Part shown: piece by piece, positions 1-14,226 of the stretch
How the letters are laid out: every line of letters starts with the position of its first letter
Position numbering within the stretch: position 1 is the stretch's first letter
Notes under the pieces: generated by a model
Seen by the model: the letters and a program-made list of their open reading frames with translations, nothing else
What the model was told of the DNA's origin: nothing
Databases searched by the model: none
Assembly (NCBI GenBank): GCA_951406725.2
Contig: OX597819.1
Span: 73,036,001-73,100,000, forward strand
DNA length: 64,000 bases
From: Octopus vulgaris
Taxonomy: Eukaryota
Direction of reading: 5' to 3'
Translations under genes and position numbers: made by a program

Positions 1-59
1 CGTACAGATGTGGCAGGTGTGATTTTCTGGGCAGTGTTCTATTTTAGAGCAGCGACCAG

Positions 60-368
60 TCTTTTGTAGCAGTTCTACCAGGCACTCTATTCCAATTTCC
101 CTTATATTCCCCTTGATGCCTTCTGATACTGTCCCCGTGAACCCAACAATAATTGACACTGTCTTCACCTTCTTCATTTTCCATAGCCAGGCTATTTCGT
201 ACTTAAGAGGGTTGTATTTATCTATCTTTACGCCTTCCTTCTTGACTATTTGTGAGTCAAAGGAGCATGCAACATCAGCTATATAGCATGTGTGGTGCAC
301 CTTGTCCACCACCACTCAGTCTGATCTGTTATGCTCTAACACCTGATCTGTTTGAAGTGGGAAATCCC
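60..368 (-). mobile_element. Degenerate non-LTR retrotransposon fragment, restriction-like endonuclease (R4/Dong-type) C-terminus
   Basis: Minus strand translates to HNRSD*VVVDK..CYIADVACSFD..KKEGVKIDKYNPLKYEIAWLWKMKKVKTVSIIVG..G, the RPD..D..K..KY..L..E RLE pattern with a stop. Confidence 0.75.
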
Positions 369-396
369 ATTATTATTATTATTACTACTACTACTA

Positions 397-747
397 CCAC
401 CTCTGCCTTAGTGAATGCAGAGGTATTGTTTTCAGTCATGTTTGTTTGTTTGTCTGTGGACAAGATATCTCGAGAACTACTGGATGGATTTGGATGAAAC
501 TTTTAGGGATGTTTGGCTACATGACTGGCACGAACTGATTAGATTTTGCAATTGATCCAGTACTGGATTATTTCTCCTGTTTATTTAATTTTTGAGAGCG
601 GTCGGGTTAATTTTTAGTAGTTTCATTTGTGAGAGCAGTCGTGTTTATTTCAGATATTCTCATTTTAAAAATCATCTCTGTCTATTCGTTGAGATTACGT
701 TGGTGTTGCCTTGGCAGAGGTTTGCACTCTCTGAGTGCTCTTGTAGT
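397..747 (+). mobile_element. Helentron-associated non-autonomous element (HINE/DINE-1-like)
   Basis: Subterminal inverted repeats acctctgcc (399-407) and ggcagaggt (713-721), internal (GTTT/GTCT)n, 3' hairpin gcactc-tct-gagtgc then tagt; a second copy lies at ~41477-41722. Confidence 0.65.
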
Positions 748-768
748 TGTTGTTGTTGTTGTTGTTGC

Positions 769-1115
769 TAAGGTAGTGAATTGGCAGAATCATTAGCACT
801 CTAGGTAAAATGCTTTTGCAGTGTTTTGTCTACCTTTTCATTCTGAGTTCAAATTTCTCCACAGTTGACTTCACCTTTCATTGTTTCAGGGGTTGATTAA
901 AATAAGCACCAATTGAGCACCTGGAATGCTTAACAGCATTTCTTCCATCTTGATGCTCTCAGTTCAAATTCTGCCAAGGTGTCATGGTTGACTTTGCCTT
1001 TCAGCATTTTGAGGTCAATAACATAAGTACCAGTTGCATGCTAGGGATTGCTGTAATCACCCAACATCCTCCTTCTCACAAAATTTCTGACCTTGTGCCT
1101 ATAATAGCAAGAATT
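769..1115 (+). mobile_element. tRNA-derived SINE family B, two nested or partial copies
   Basis: Head tggcagaatcattagc...gagttcaaatt...gactttgcctttca recurs about ten times in the window (e.g. 25162, 28872, 40494, 51420, 53860). Confidence 0.75.
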
Positions 1116-1149
1116 ATTATTATTTTGTCTTTTTTTTTTCATCTAACAG

Positions 1150-1236
1150 AAGAGAAAATCTCTGAAGCCACATCAAAAATCATTGATTGTAAACAGGAAT
1201 TACAAGAAGCTAAAAGAATCAGGAAAAACAGACAAG
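1150..1236 (+). CDS. THOC7: THO complex subunit 7, internal coding exon (first in window; upstream exons lie outside the window)
   Basis: ttttttcatctaacAG acceptor and G|GTAAAT donor; 87 nt, phase 1-1; encodes EEKISEATSKIIDCKQELQEAKRIRKNRQ, matching the THOC7 motif AKRIRKNRQEYDALAKVI. Confidence 0.95.
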
Positions 1237-1644
1237 GTAAATAAAATCATTGTTGTTAGTATCACTGGTATTGTCACTGTGTATTCTTATACATCAATTT
1301 CATTTCAGTTTTAATGTTGGAGTTTGCTAATAAGCTCATCCACAGGTACTGGCTATCAGGCCATCGTCTTTGTTTAATGTCCTTTCATGCTAGTAAACCA
1401 GAGTATCCACTGTCTCCTTTGGCGTGGTTTTTATGACTGGATGAACTTCCTAACACCAGCCACTTTACTGAATGAACTGAGTGGTTTTTACATGGCACCA
1501 GCAAGGCCACCAAGTAACTTGCATAAAGGAATCAATAATTTTACTGATGATATAGCTGAAAATCCATAAATATCCATTGATTTTTATATAATTATTAACG
1601 ATAATGCAGTGAACAGTTCATTTTATTACATAATTTTACACAAT

Positions 1645-2010
1645 TCATCATCATCATCATCATTGTTTAATGTCCATTTTCCATGCTGACATGGGTTGGA
1701 TGGTTTGACTGAGGTCTGGAGAGCCAGCGGCTGCACCAAGCTCCAATCTGGTCTGGCAATGTTTCTACCGCTGGATGCCCTTCCTAATGCCAACCACTCC
1801 AAGAGTGTCATGGGTGCTTTTCACATGCCACCAGCACAAGAGCCAGGCAGGCAGGCCTAGCATAGATGGCATTTGGATAATGCTTTTTACATGCCACCAG
1901 CACGGGATCCAGTCAAGGGGCACTGACATCAACCACATTCAGATGATGCATTTTACATGCCACTGGAATGGGAGCCAGTCAAGGGGCACTAGCCACAGTT
2001 ACAATTTTGG
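1645..2010 (-). mobile_element. RTE-LINE 3'-tail-derived repeat (short non-autonomous or truncated copy)
   Basis: Reverse complement of the RTE 3' end (ggcatccagc..tagaaac...ccatgccagcatggaaa..ttaaac(gat)n) seen at 5940-6075 and 22370-22501. Confidence 0.8.
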
Positions 2011-2410
2011 TTTACATTTGTTTTATCAATATTTTTCTGGAAAAACTTGGTATATTATTATTATATAACATGTGTAATAATACATTGCATCAGTATTGTG
2101 GTAATAATACTAATATCACAAAAACATCAACTCCTCGGGATCATGTATAAAATCCATTTGCTGGATGAACTTGTATTTTCAACAATATATACTCTTTATC
2201 CAATGTGCTCTTAACATTTCTCTCGCATGTCATAGTTAAAGCAAAAAAATAAATATATTATTAACTACAAACTCAAAATAAGAAACAGGATGAATCAAAG
2301 AGAATAAAAGAAAGGATAAATAAACAAAGCAGCGGCAATGGCAGCATTGCATCTCTTTGAAATACCTTCTTCTTGTTATGATGCATGTTGTGTGTGTGCG
2401 TGTTATCATA

Positions 2411-2790
2411 GGTGTAGGCATGGCTGTATAGTTAAGAGGCTCACTTTGTAATCACATGGTTTATGGTTCAGTCCCACTTTACAGTACCTTGAGCAAGTGT
2501 CTTCTACTATAGCACCATCTAGCCTTGTGAATGAATTCAGTAAATGGAAACTGTGTAGAAACTGCCTGTAAAGTGTGTTTGTATATACTCCACCCACACT
2601 GCTTGATACCTGGTGGTGGTTTGTTTACATCCCAGTAACTTGAAGGTTCAGCAACAGACACTGATAAAATGAATGAGTACCAGATTTAAAAAGATAAGTA
2701 CTTGAATTGATTTATTTGACTAAACCCTTCCAGATGGTGCCCCAGCATGGCTACAGTTCAATGACTGAAATAAGTAAAAGAATAAAAGAT
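2411..2790 (+). mobile_element. tRNA-derived SINE family A
   Basis: A-box-like tggctgtatagtt and B-box-like ggttcagtccc, body ..ccttgagcaagtgtcttctactatagc.., more than 15 copies in the window. Confidence 0.8.
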
Positions 2791-2879
2791 GAAAAGTTAG
2801 TTTCTTAGTTCCTGACTCTTCCCAGCTCTTCAGTTGGTCCTAATTAACTTCAATCTCTAACCAAGGAAGCTGCAGTTCC

Positions 2880-5800
2880 CCGCTCCTCATGTAACTTCTG
2901 GCTACCCTATACATTCCCTCAGAGTTGGCACTGTTAGTGTAGGTGCTTTGGAGGGTAGGTCTGGTGAGATTGCTTGAAAGGAGACATGTTGATGTGTGTT
3001 ACATCCAAGAAATTTGGTGGAGGGAAGCTTCAGCCAAGTTCAACACAGGTAAGAAGCATAGGTATAATTTCTTCTGAGTGGGCAACAGTGACAGGGTAAA
3101 AGGTGTGGGCATACTTCTAGCAGAGAAATGGGCCAATAAGGTGATTGAAGTAATCAGAGTATGTGATAGGGTACTTAAGCTTTGACTAGTTTTGCAGAAT
3201 TGCACAGCAACAATCATCTCTGCCTATGCCCCCACCCCCAACCAGGTCTACCAAATGAGCAAAAGGATCACTCCTATGACATTCTTCTGCAGGGTAGCTC
3301 AAAAACAAATGACAGTAACCTTATCTTTATGGCTGGTGATTTCAATGGACATGTCAGGTAGCACCCAGGTGTCTTCTATGGAGTACATGGGGAGGGGGCA
3401 TGGAATTGAGGAGGGAACAAGGCTGCTGAATTTCTGTGATGCAAATGACCTAATAATCTGCAACATCAACTTTAAGAAACCAGCCAATTACCTGATAACT
3501 TATAAATCCAGTGACCATGTTAGCCAGATTGACTACATTCTCACCAGGAAGTGTGATTCATGGTTGCTCATAAAGATAAAGACCTTCCCTGGTGAAGAAT
3601 GTACCTCTCAGCATACATTACTCATTATTGATTTCAGACTACAGGCCAGAAGGTTCCAAGAAACAAATCAATCTGGAAAAGAAGGACCTGGAAGCTTAAG
3701 GATCCTCTGAATAGTCAGAGATGTAAAGATGTCCCTAACTGAAGCATTTCATGAAAATGAGGAGGAGGAGGAGTTACAGATATGTAACAAGAAGAATAAC
3801 TGGAAATTCCTATGAGACAACTTACTGAGAGCCATAGACCAAATTTGTGGCTTATGCAAAGTCCCAACCAGACCACCTAGAGTGACATGGTGGTGGAGCA
3901 GTGTAGTTAACAGGGCTGTTAATTAGAGCAAAGAAGCAGGACTGGAAGAGTGACAATAGCAAAGAACTATATCAGGTAGCTAGAGGGGAATCTAAGAGGT
4001 AGATATACCTAGCCAGGGCGAAAAGCAGAAAGAAAGAAGTTTGCCAATGATCTGCGATGTGAAGACCAGCAGCTTGAGGTGTTCTAGCTTGCAAGACAGT
4101 GTACCAGGGAAAATTGTGATGCTGTTGTAGAGAAGTGCATTTGCATGGATAATGGTTCACTCTGCCAAGAGGCTTGGAAGTACCACTACGGAGGGTTGCT
4201 AAATGTAAAGAACTCATGGGAGAAGGAGACTCTGCCTAAAGTGGGTCCAACAGAGGAACCAGCTATCTGAATAGACAGTGGCATGGTAGATAAAGCCATG
4301 AAAGATGTGAAGACCAGGAAAGCTCCTGGCCCATCAGGAATCACTGCTGAGATGCTTAAAATATCTGGCAGTGTGGGTTATGGTCTCATCACGCATATAG
4401 TCAGTCAGGTTGTACCCAATGGCTGGTTTAGAAGCACCATAGTTAACTGCTACAAAGGTAAAGGTGATGCCTTAGAAATAATTACAGTGGTATCAAATTG
4501 CAGGATCAGGTGATGGAAGTTAAGGAGAGGGTCTTAGCCTGACTAATTAGGAAGAAAGTTAGTCTAGATGAGATGCAGTTTAGTTTTGTGCCAGAGAGAA
4601 GCACCACTGATGCTATATTTCTAGCAAGGCAGCTGCAGAAGTACCTAGCCAAAAATAAACCTCTGTACTTGGCTTTTGTTGACATGGAGAACGCCTTCAA
4701 TAAGGTCCCCCACTCCTTTATCTGGTGGTCATTGCAGAAACTAGGGATAGAGGAGTGGCTGGTGAGAACTGTACAAGCCATGTACAGGAACGCTGTCAGT
4801 AAAGTAATGGTTAGCAATGAGTATAGCAATGAATTCAGTGTACAAGTAGGAGTTCACCAAGGATCAGTCCTTGGGCCCCACTTGTTCATCATAGTCTTCC
4901 AGAAGAATTTAAGTTGGACTGTCCCTGGAAGCTCCTCTATGCTGCTGAATATGTTCTTAAAGCTGAATTACTACCAGAACTGGAGAAAAAAATTTCAGAA
5001 GTGGAAGCAAGGTCTAGAATCAAAGGGCCTTAGAGTTAATTTAGCAAACACCAATGTCTTAGTAAGTGGAAAAGCACACAAATCACAAATCCCTCCAGGT
5101 AAGTGACCCTGCTCGATATTTAGAAAAGACACAGGTAGAAACTCCATAAGGTGTACCTGGTGCAAGCTATGGACACATAAGAAGTGCAGCAATATCAGAT
5201 GAAGGTTAATAGGGAAAATAGTCTTTGTGTGTGGTAGATGCACAGGTATAATAAACACTAGAAATGTACAGAAAATAGACTCCATCAAATGCCAGGGGGA
5301 ATACCTAGAAATAGTTGATAGCATTCGTTATCCAGGGGACCAAGTCAGTAGCAGAGGTGGATGCTCCAAAAGCGTAGCTGCTAGAATAAGAATAAGCTGA
5401 GCAAAGTTCAGAGAGCTGCTACCTTTGTTGGTAACAAAGGGCCTCTTCCTCAGATTGTATGATGCCTGTGTGCGAACTGCCATACTACACAGCAGTAAAA
5501 CATGGGCTGTGGTTGCAGAGAATATGTGAAGGCTTGAAAGAAATGAATCTAGTATGCTTCACCAGATGTGCAATGAGAGAAAAACTGGGCATAAGAGGCA
5601 TCAGATATGGTGTGCAAGAAAGGCATCTGAATTGGTATGGTCATGTGATGTGTGTGGATGAGGACATTTGCGTAAAGAAGTGCTGATCTCTAAATGTGGA
5701 GAGAACCTGTGGAAGAAGCAGAGCCAGGAAGACATGGGACAAGGTGGTGAAGCATGATCTTTGAATGTGGAATTTCACAGAGGCGATGAAGTGATCGAAA

Positions 5801-6075
5801 CCTTTGGCTATTTGCTGTGCTTGAGAAGACATGTCAAGTCAAGTGAAAGCATAATTGTGGCCAGTGTTGGTGATATGTAAAAGCACCTGTACCATTGACG
5901 TGTAAAAGGCACCCGCTACACTTTCTGAGTGGTTGGTGTTAAGAAGGGCATCTAGCCATAGAAACCATGCCAAAACAGACTTGAGTATGGGGCAGCTCTA
6001 CAGCTTGCCAATTCCAAACTGCCCAACCCATGCCAGCATGGAAAGCAGACGTTAAATGATGATGATAAAGATGAT
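2880..6075 (+). mobile_element. Near-full-length degenerate RTE-clade LINE (APE endonuclease, RT, PHD-like finger), intronic in THOC7
   Basis: APE motifs IISAYAP, GDFNGH, SQIDYIL, SQH; RT motifs KAPGPSGI, AFVDMENAF, VGVHQGSVLGP; frameshifts and stops; (GAT)n tail at 6052-6075. Confidence 0.93.
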
Positions 6076-6829
6076 TCACAATGCCTTTTCTTATTTCACT
6101 TCCAGACTAGTTGAGTAAAGTAGAATTATTAATTTCATTACATCTTAAATTTTAACTCCTGTAGGTAAGTTCTTGTGAGGTTTTTAATACCTCTGAGAAC
6201 CAAAAATTTCTTGTTATTTCTGAAATTATTATAGTTAAGTTACAGCATATGAATTCCCTGTGGTGAATTAAAAGCCGTCCCTGCTGGTTCTAAGTACATG
6301 GTACCACTAGCAAAACTACTAGCATGAACTTTGACTGTTGTATTATATGTCTGTCTTATACCTACCTCCACAGCCTGGCCGATATATTTGTCAAAATTCA
6401 AATTTCAGCCACCCACATCTATTTACTTTAAAATGGAAGAATGAAGTGGGGGAGAGAGAGAGAGTGGGAAAGTTCTTGCCTTAATTTTCTTTCTGGGAGT
6501 CTGAGAAAAAATAAATAATCCAAAAATTAATAGGGTCACTTGAGAAATGAAGAAAGAGTGATGTGGGGTGGGGATGTTGGTTGGATGAAAGAATATGTGG
6601 AGATAGTTTCTCTTTTGAAAAAAAAAACAAATATGGAATAAGAAATATGATGCAGTTGTTGGGTGTTTCTCTTACATAGTTTCAAATTTTAACACAAGGC
6701 CTGAAGTTTTGGTGGGTGGGGCTAAGTTGATTACATCGTTTCTGGTGCTTATTTCACCAACCCGGAAAGAATGATAGGCAAAGTCAACTTTGATGGAATT
6801 TGAACCCAGAACATAAGGAGTTTTTGTTT

Positions 6830-6980
6830 TACTTGTTGCAGTCATTTGACTGCAGCCATGCTGGAGCATCGCCGTTTTAGTCAGGCAAATCAACGCCAGG
6901 ACTTATTCTTTGTAAACCTAGTACTTATTTCTCTCGGTCTCTTTTGCTGAACTGCTAAGTTACAGGAATGTAAATACATG

Positions 6981-7021
<41 letters not shown>

Positions 7022-7176
7022 CAGACTTCTTTCAGTTTCCGTCTACCAAATCCACTCACATGGCTTTGGTTGGCCCGAGGCTATTGTAGAAGATACTTGC
7101 CCAAGGTGCCACACAGTAGGACTGAACCTGGAACCATGTGGTTGGTAAGCAAGCTACTTACCACACAGCCACTCCC
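6830..7176 (-). mobile_element. SINE family A inserted into a family-B SINE
   Basis: Complete reverse-strand family-A copy with internal (TA)n; flanks 6675-6815 and 7177-7226 join into one family-B copy. Confidence 0.75.
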
Positions 7177-8314
7177 AGCTAAGCATTTTGTCTGACTTGT
7201 TAACGGTTCTGCCAGCTTGCCGCCTTGGCATGTCTATAATATGTAAAAATCTGATGTTACTGGAGAACTGCTTTTCTCTTTTTTGTTACACTGGAGGACT
7301 GGAAATTGAAATAAATTTAACATAAAGGGAACATTGAAGTATTAAGATGTGTATAAAGGGTTGTTTTGTTAACCTTCTTTATAAGAAAATGTAGGAAGAA
7401 ATTGCATAGTAACTGTCTTGCAAACCAAATATTCTAATAGACTCAGGTGTGGATGTGGTTAAGAAGCTTGCTTCCCAGCCTCATGAGTTCAAGTTCAGTT
7501 CCACTGTGTTCCCGTGCACAAGTATTTTCTACTTTAGCCTCGGGTCAAAGTGTTGTGATTGAATTTATTAGATAGAAACTGAAAGAAGCCCGTTGTGTAT
7601 ATCAGTCATGTGATAGTTGCAAATGAACATCACCATAAACAAGCAGTGTCATTCATTTCCAATCTTCTGTAAAACCATGTCTGGCCATGGGAAAAAATGT
7701 TGCTGTACTTGAGAACAGATGAGGGTTGGTTACAAGGAAGGCATTCAAGCAGAGAAAATCTGCCTCCATGAATTTTACACAACTTTTGCAAGCATGGGAA
7801 ACTGGACATTGATGAGGATGAATGTGGTGGTGGTGGTGGTGGTGGTGGTGGTGGTGGCAGTGATGATGATGATGGTGGTGGTGGCAGAAGTGATGATGAT
7901 TCTAGTCAGCTAAGCTTCCTGATCAACCTAATTTACTGCTGGAATACTTCAACTTGTCTTGGTACCATCTGCTGTATAGACTTGAAAACAAATCTTTTCT
8001 GGCAACCAGTTGATTTTCAGCAACAATAGTTAAACTGTGTAGCAGTTATACATTTACTTCCTGCTTATGTTACATTAGTCTAGAACACTGCTTCTAAATG
8101 TGGATGGTACCACTCCCTGCAGGGCAGCAGTGGGGGAGAACAGTGAAAACTTTTATATGGGTGCAGGGAACAAACATGAAGATAGGGGGTGACATAGATA
8201 CATCTGTACAGTTTGTTGTTTTTGTTTTTGTTTTAGTCGTCTTTATTTAAATATGAACTTTTAGACTTCATTTTTTAAAGTAATATTATTAAAGCTGCAA
8301 CAACTACATCAATA

Positions 8315-8345
<31 letters not shown>

Positions 8346-8564
8346 TAGTCATTCAAATAAACAAAAACGTGGGTGTGCGTGTGTATGTACTTAGTGCATG
8401 TGTGTGCACATGTGTGTATAAACCACCTATGTTTATAAAATTCACTGATAGCGGGATAGTATTGTGCTGCATAGTAACCCATGCCAAACTAGTACCTGGA
8501 ACCAAATTACTTTGGTCTGACTCTATGTGTGTGTACTAAAAATGGTGGGGACTACTGGATTTGG

Positions 8565-8662
8565 ATCAAGTGATAGCTGGATTAAACTGTATGGGGTTTA
8601 ATCCAGTGATGGCAAGATTATACTGTATAGGGTAAATCCAGTGACAATTGGATTACTGTATG
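8565..8662. repeat. Degenerate ~35-bp minisatellite, about 3 units
   Basis: Units atc(a/c)agtga...gatta(a/t)actgtat at 8565, 8601 and 8636. Confidence 0.6.
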
Positions 8663-10254
8663 ATGGCAGCTTTAAAGTTTTGTACCTAGTAAGGAAAGGA
8701 GATTTATTTCAGTGATGGTAGATGGATTGCTTCATGTGCTTCTCCATCTGAAAAGAAGAGAATTAGAGAGGTCCTTTGATAACTTTTGAGTGGGTTGGGG
8801 GATTTGCTCTGACTTGTGGGTGTCACATCTTCCTTGCTATTAAGACAGAATATTTTCTATAATCAGTTGGGTTTGTTCAGGGTATCCAACTTCGCAGACA
8901 GCACCACCCACTGAGCAGCTGCATCTCACCATGATGTATTAAACTGCCTCTGGTCACCATCACAACAAGAACACTCACAGATTACCAATGACATTACTTG
9001 CAGTCTAAATGCCAATAGGTCTAAGACTGTGTGTGATATGGGAGGGAAGACGACCTTACTGGACTTTACATTGGTAGAGTGAGGCAAGTGGTTGGGAAGA
9101 AGGCTGCCTTTATGATACTGAGTAGAAGAAGTGTCTAGCTACCAAGCTATTAGTTTGTATACTAATAAAGTAATGACAGCTTCTGTCTGTGTTGTCACAG
9201 TTGAAGCCTGTGTTGTCAGGCTGGCAGACAGGCAGTTTACATGTGCAGACATTGCTTTCTAATTGAACATTTTGTGTTAGACTAAAACATATATTTGTAG
9301 TAAATGTGTGTGTGTGTAGGAGAGGGATATCCCCAGTATGGAATTGAGAAGGCAATGGCTAGAGTGAGGACTCAATACACACATGGTGTATGTATGTGTT
9401 TATTAGTAGCAAAAGGACCTACAGAAAATTCATCCATTTTACTGGGCCCATAAAACAGACGAGTGTTCCAACAGCCTCAGAGAGATAGATAAATAGGTAT
9501 GCAGACAGACCTGAACTGAAAGGGGTATTGAGGGGTGTGTGAGTGCATTTATTAAGGTCTTTTTCCTCTTGTTTGTTTTAGCCTATCCTAGATCCAAAGC
9601 CATTTCTCATTAGCAAATATGATGTGGTAACATGTACCACACTTTTGCTCATTGTTTTGGGTATCTGTGATGTAGTTGTGAGCAGGCACAAACATCCTCT
9701 TGGCCGGCAAAACACTCACAGCTGGAGTGGGGAGTGGTCTGTACCGAAAGTTACCTGGGACTTGCTTCTAGTTCGGTAGACAGGAGCAACATGAAATAAA
9801 GAGCATTGCTCAAGGACACAATATGTTGTGTGGCCCAGGAATTGAGCCCACAGCATGAAGATTGTGAACCTAATGCCTTCATCACTGAGCACACATTCTC
9901 AAACCTCTGTATCATCAGTATGCATATATATATATATACACACATACATACACACACACACAAATATTCTACAATTATAAACATAATTATAATTCAGGTG
10001 CCAGCTAATTGCTTTGCCATGCACTGAATTTAGAAATAGGAGTTAAATGCCTTTTCTACTGCCATAAAGATCTCCCAGACAGTAACACACGTGACAAAGC
10101 AATTAACTGACCCCTGATTATAATTATGTTTCTAATTATAGAATATTTGTATAATTTTATCTAAAAAGGTTATTTTAACGTACCATACTACTTGGTAAAA
10201 TCATTAATTATTAATTAATTAATTTTTACCCATTTATTATTATTGAAATTATAT

Positions 10255-10337
10255 ATATACCCTTGAATGTTTTATATGTTTATGGATTCAGTCTGCAATA
10301 ATGAATCCATAAACATATAAGACATTCAAGGGTATAT
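10255..10337. repeat. Near-perfect 36-bp hairpin with 11-nt loop
   Basis: 10255-10290 is the reverse complement of 10302-10337 with one U-G wobble. Confidence 0.92.
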
Positions 10338-10482
10338 TTTTTCCCCCTGAAAATATTATGCTCAGGTCATATAAATTTAATATTTACTGAGTATTAATTG
10401 AAACGGCTGTTAGGGATGATGATTGATTTGCTGTTAATAATAAACAATTATTAACTTCCCAATCTCCATGTTCTTTTTCCCT

Positions 10483-11894
<1,412 letters not shown>

Positions 11895-12763
11895 CATGAA
11901 TGAAGAAGTGATAGTGTAAACAAACTTAACATCAGTTCAAATATGTTTGAGAGACATTTGGACTTTTAGAGACTTGCCAATACAGTTTATCATGGAGAAA
12001 AAATTCTCACTTAGCACAGTTCAGAGTCACGTCTCTTGGTATCTGGTACTGAAGAGAACTAACAAGTTCAAATGCATCAATCAGTCCAATAGAGAATGCT
12101 TTGAGTTGACTATGGTGTTATTTCACCTTTCCTTAAGTGGTAATTTCAAATAATCTGGTTTGTCTTAAGAAAGTTGGTGGCTATAGGCATGTTTCATATT
12201 TATTTAGGCCTTATCGGCAAAAGATAATTTTCTCGAGCTTATTTTCTCAGGAACATAAACTTTTACAAATAAGCAGAGGAGGAGGAGGAAGAAATAATTA
12301 TGACAATACACTCACCACCATCATAATCATTTAACGTCCCCTTATCCATGCTACCATGGGTTGGATGGTTGGACAAGAACTTATGAGCCAGAGAGCTCCA
12401 TCAGGTTCTATGTCTGCTTTGGCACCAGCACCAGTGAGGTTGCCAAGTACCCACAAGATAAGACCCCTTGACTGAGTGGGGTATAGACTGGATAAATAAG
12501 AAACTATGATAGAGGGAGAGGAGCAAAGTGTCTTGCTGAAGAGTTGAATACATGCTTTAACCTCTTGGAGAGTGAGAGAGAAAAGAAAGAGATGTGAGGT
12601 CCAGATCCAACATGGATATGAGACAGAATAGGAAGTAAAGTGAGTGAAGATAGTGTGACAGATGATTAAAGATGGGGAATGAGTTGAATACAGAGGATAT
12701 TAGTTTAGTGTTGGGGCAAGTGTATCATAAGACCAATTCAACATATCAAACTCTCTCTCATAA

Positions 12764-12985
12764 CCCTTTCATTACCAACCCAGCTGAAAATGGCTCTGGT
12801 TCTGTAGTACAAATGTCTTGTTTTCATAAGTTTTGAATTAAAATCTTACACCAAACCTTAGTCACAATTTATGTTCCTAACACTAGCTTCATGATAACTA
12901 AGTTATTTTACTAAATTCTTTGTTATATTTAAAATTAATTGAAAGAAATCCAGAGCATCTCAAAATAAGTACAGAAACAAAAGGG
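12764..12985 (+). mobile_element. piggyBac-like MITE (~220 bp), copy 1
   Basis: Ends (a)taa|CCCTTTC ... AAAGGG|ttaa; homologous inverted copy at 25988-26208. Confidence 0.8.
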
Positions 12986-13119
12986 TTAATTTATGAGGGA
13001 TTGAATAAAATGATGATTAAACTGTTGTACTTTGTGCGAGTATGGTAAGAATGGGCCTTCATTTACAATAGTTGGTCATTTTCTAATTACTATCAATAAG
13101 GTTTTCTGCTTTGTTTCAG

Positions 13120-13177
13120 AATATGATGCATTGGCCAAAGTGATCCAAAGACATCCAGACAGGCTTGAAACTACCAA
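13120..13177 (+). CDS. THOC7: THOC7 coding exon
   Basis: ttttctgctttgtttcAG acceptor and AA|GTAAGA donor; 58 nt, phase 1-2; encodes EYDALAKVIQRHPDRLETTK. Confidence 0.96.
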
Positions 13178-13792
13178 GTAAGAAAGGCTTTTGATTTACT
13201 ATTGTCTGCATTTTTTCTTCATCATCATTATTATTATTATTATTATTATTATTTTATGTTTGACTTTTGCTTTACATTTGTACAAGTTGGCTCCAAGTCT
13301 CACCCAGAAACCTCAAGAGACAACAAGTTGGAAGTTCATGTTGGTGTTATGCCTAGGGTGCCATATATTTGGTTTTGTACATAGTATTGTTCTAGAGATT
13401 GTTTAAGAAACCATAAGAAAATTGTGTTTGCTTTAAAACTTGAGATTACATAGTATAGGGAGAGAGTGAGATTACTACATAAATAGATTGATAGATAGAT
13501 TAATAAATAGATCAATAGAAACCCCCACACACACAACACATAGACACACAGACAGACAAAGATGACACAAGTAAAACTAGTAAGCATTATGACGTGAAGA
13601 GGAGATTGACAAGCAAAGCCTTTGGCTAGTAAAATGAAAGAAAACAACACTAGAAGAATCTGTACAATGAAAACTACCATTGAAGGAATCAGAAGAGAAC
13701 CTGACATTTCAGGTTATGCCCTTTGCAAGGGAAACAAATAGAAGAGGTAAGAGAACAGGAAAAGTTACTCTGCAATACGAAATTTACAATGT

Positions 13793-14070
13793 AGACGCAG
13801 GAGTGGCTGTGTGGTAAGTAGCTTGCTTACCAACCACATGGTTCCAAGTTCAGTCCCACTGCATAGCACCTTGGGCAAAGCATCTTCTACTATAGCCTTG
13901 GGCCAACCAAAGCCTTGTGAGTGGATTTGGTAGATGGAAACTGAAAGAAGCCCATCATGTATATGTATCTATGTTTGTGTGTGTCCCCAACATCGCTTGA
14001 CAACCGATACTGGTGTGTTTACATTCCTGTAACTTAGCACTTTGGCAAAAGAGACCGATAGAATAAGTAC
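13793..14070 (+). mobile_element. SINE family A, with an opposite-orientation copy at ~14230-14390
   Basis: gcaggagtggctgtgtggtaagtagcttgcttaccaaccacatggttccaagttcagtccc head. Confidence 0.85.
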
Positions 14071-14147
14071 CACTATCCTATATTTATACTTTAACCTGAT
14101 GATGCTTTGTTTTACTAAGAAGCAATACTACTGTCTGGCACTATTTA

Positions 14148-14226
<79 letters not shown>

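Noticed and set aside
984-1244. 86-aa ORF as a stand-alone gene
   Set aside because: The 5' part is SINE sequence; only 1150-1236 is a real THOC7 exon
13699-13731. Hammerhead-like GAAATGTC-AGG on the minus strand
   Set aside because: CUGANGA core absent
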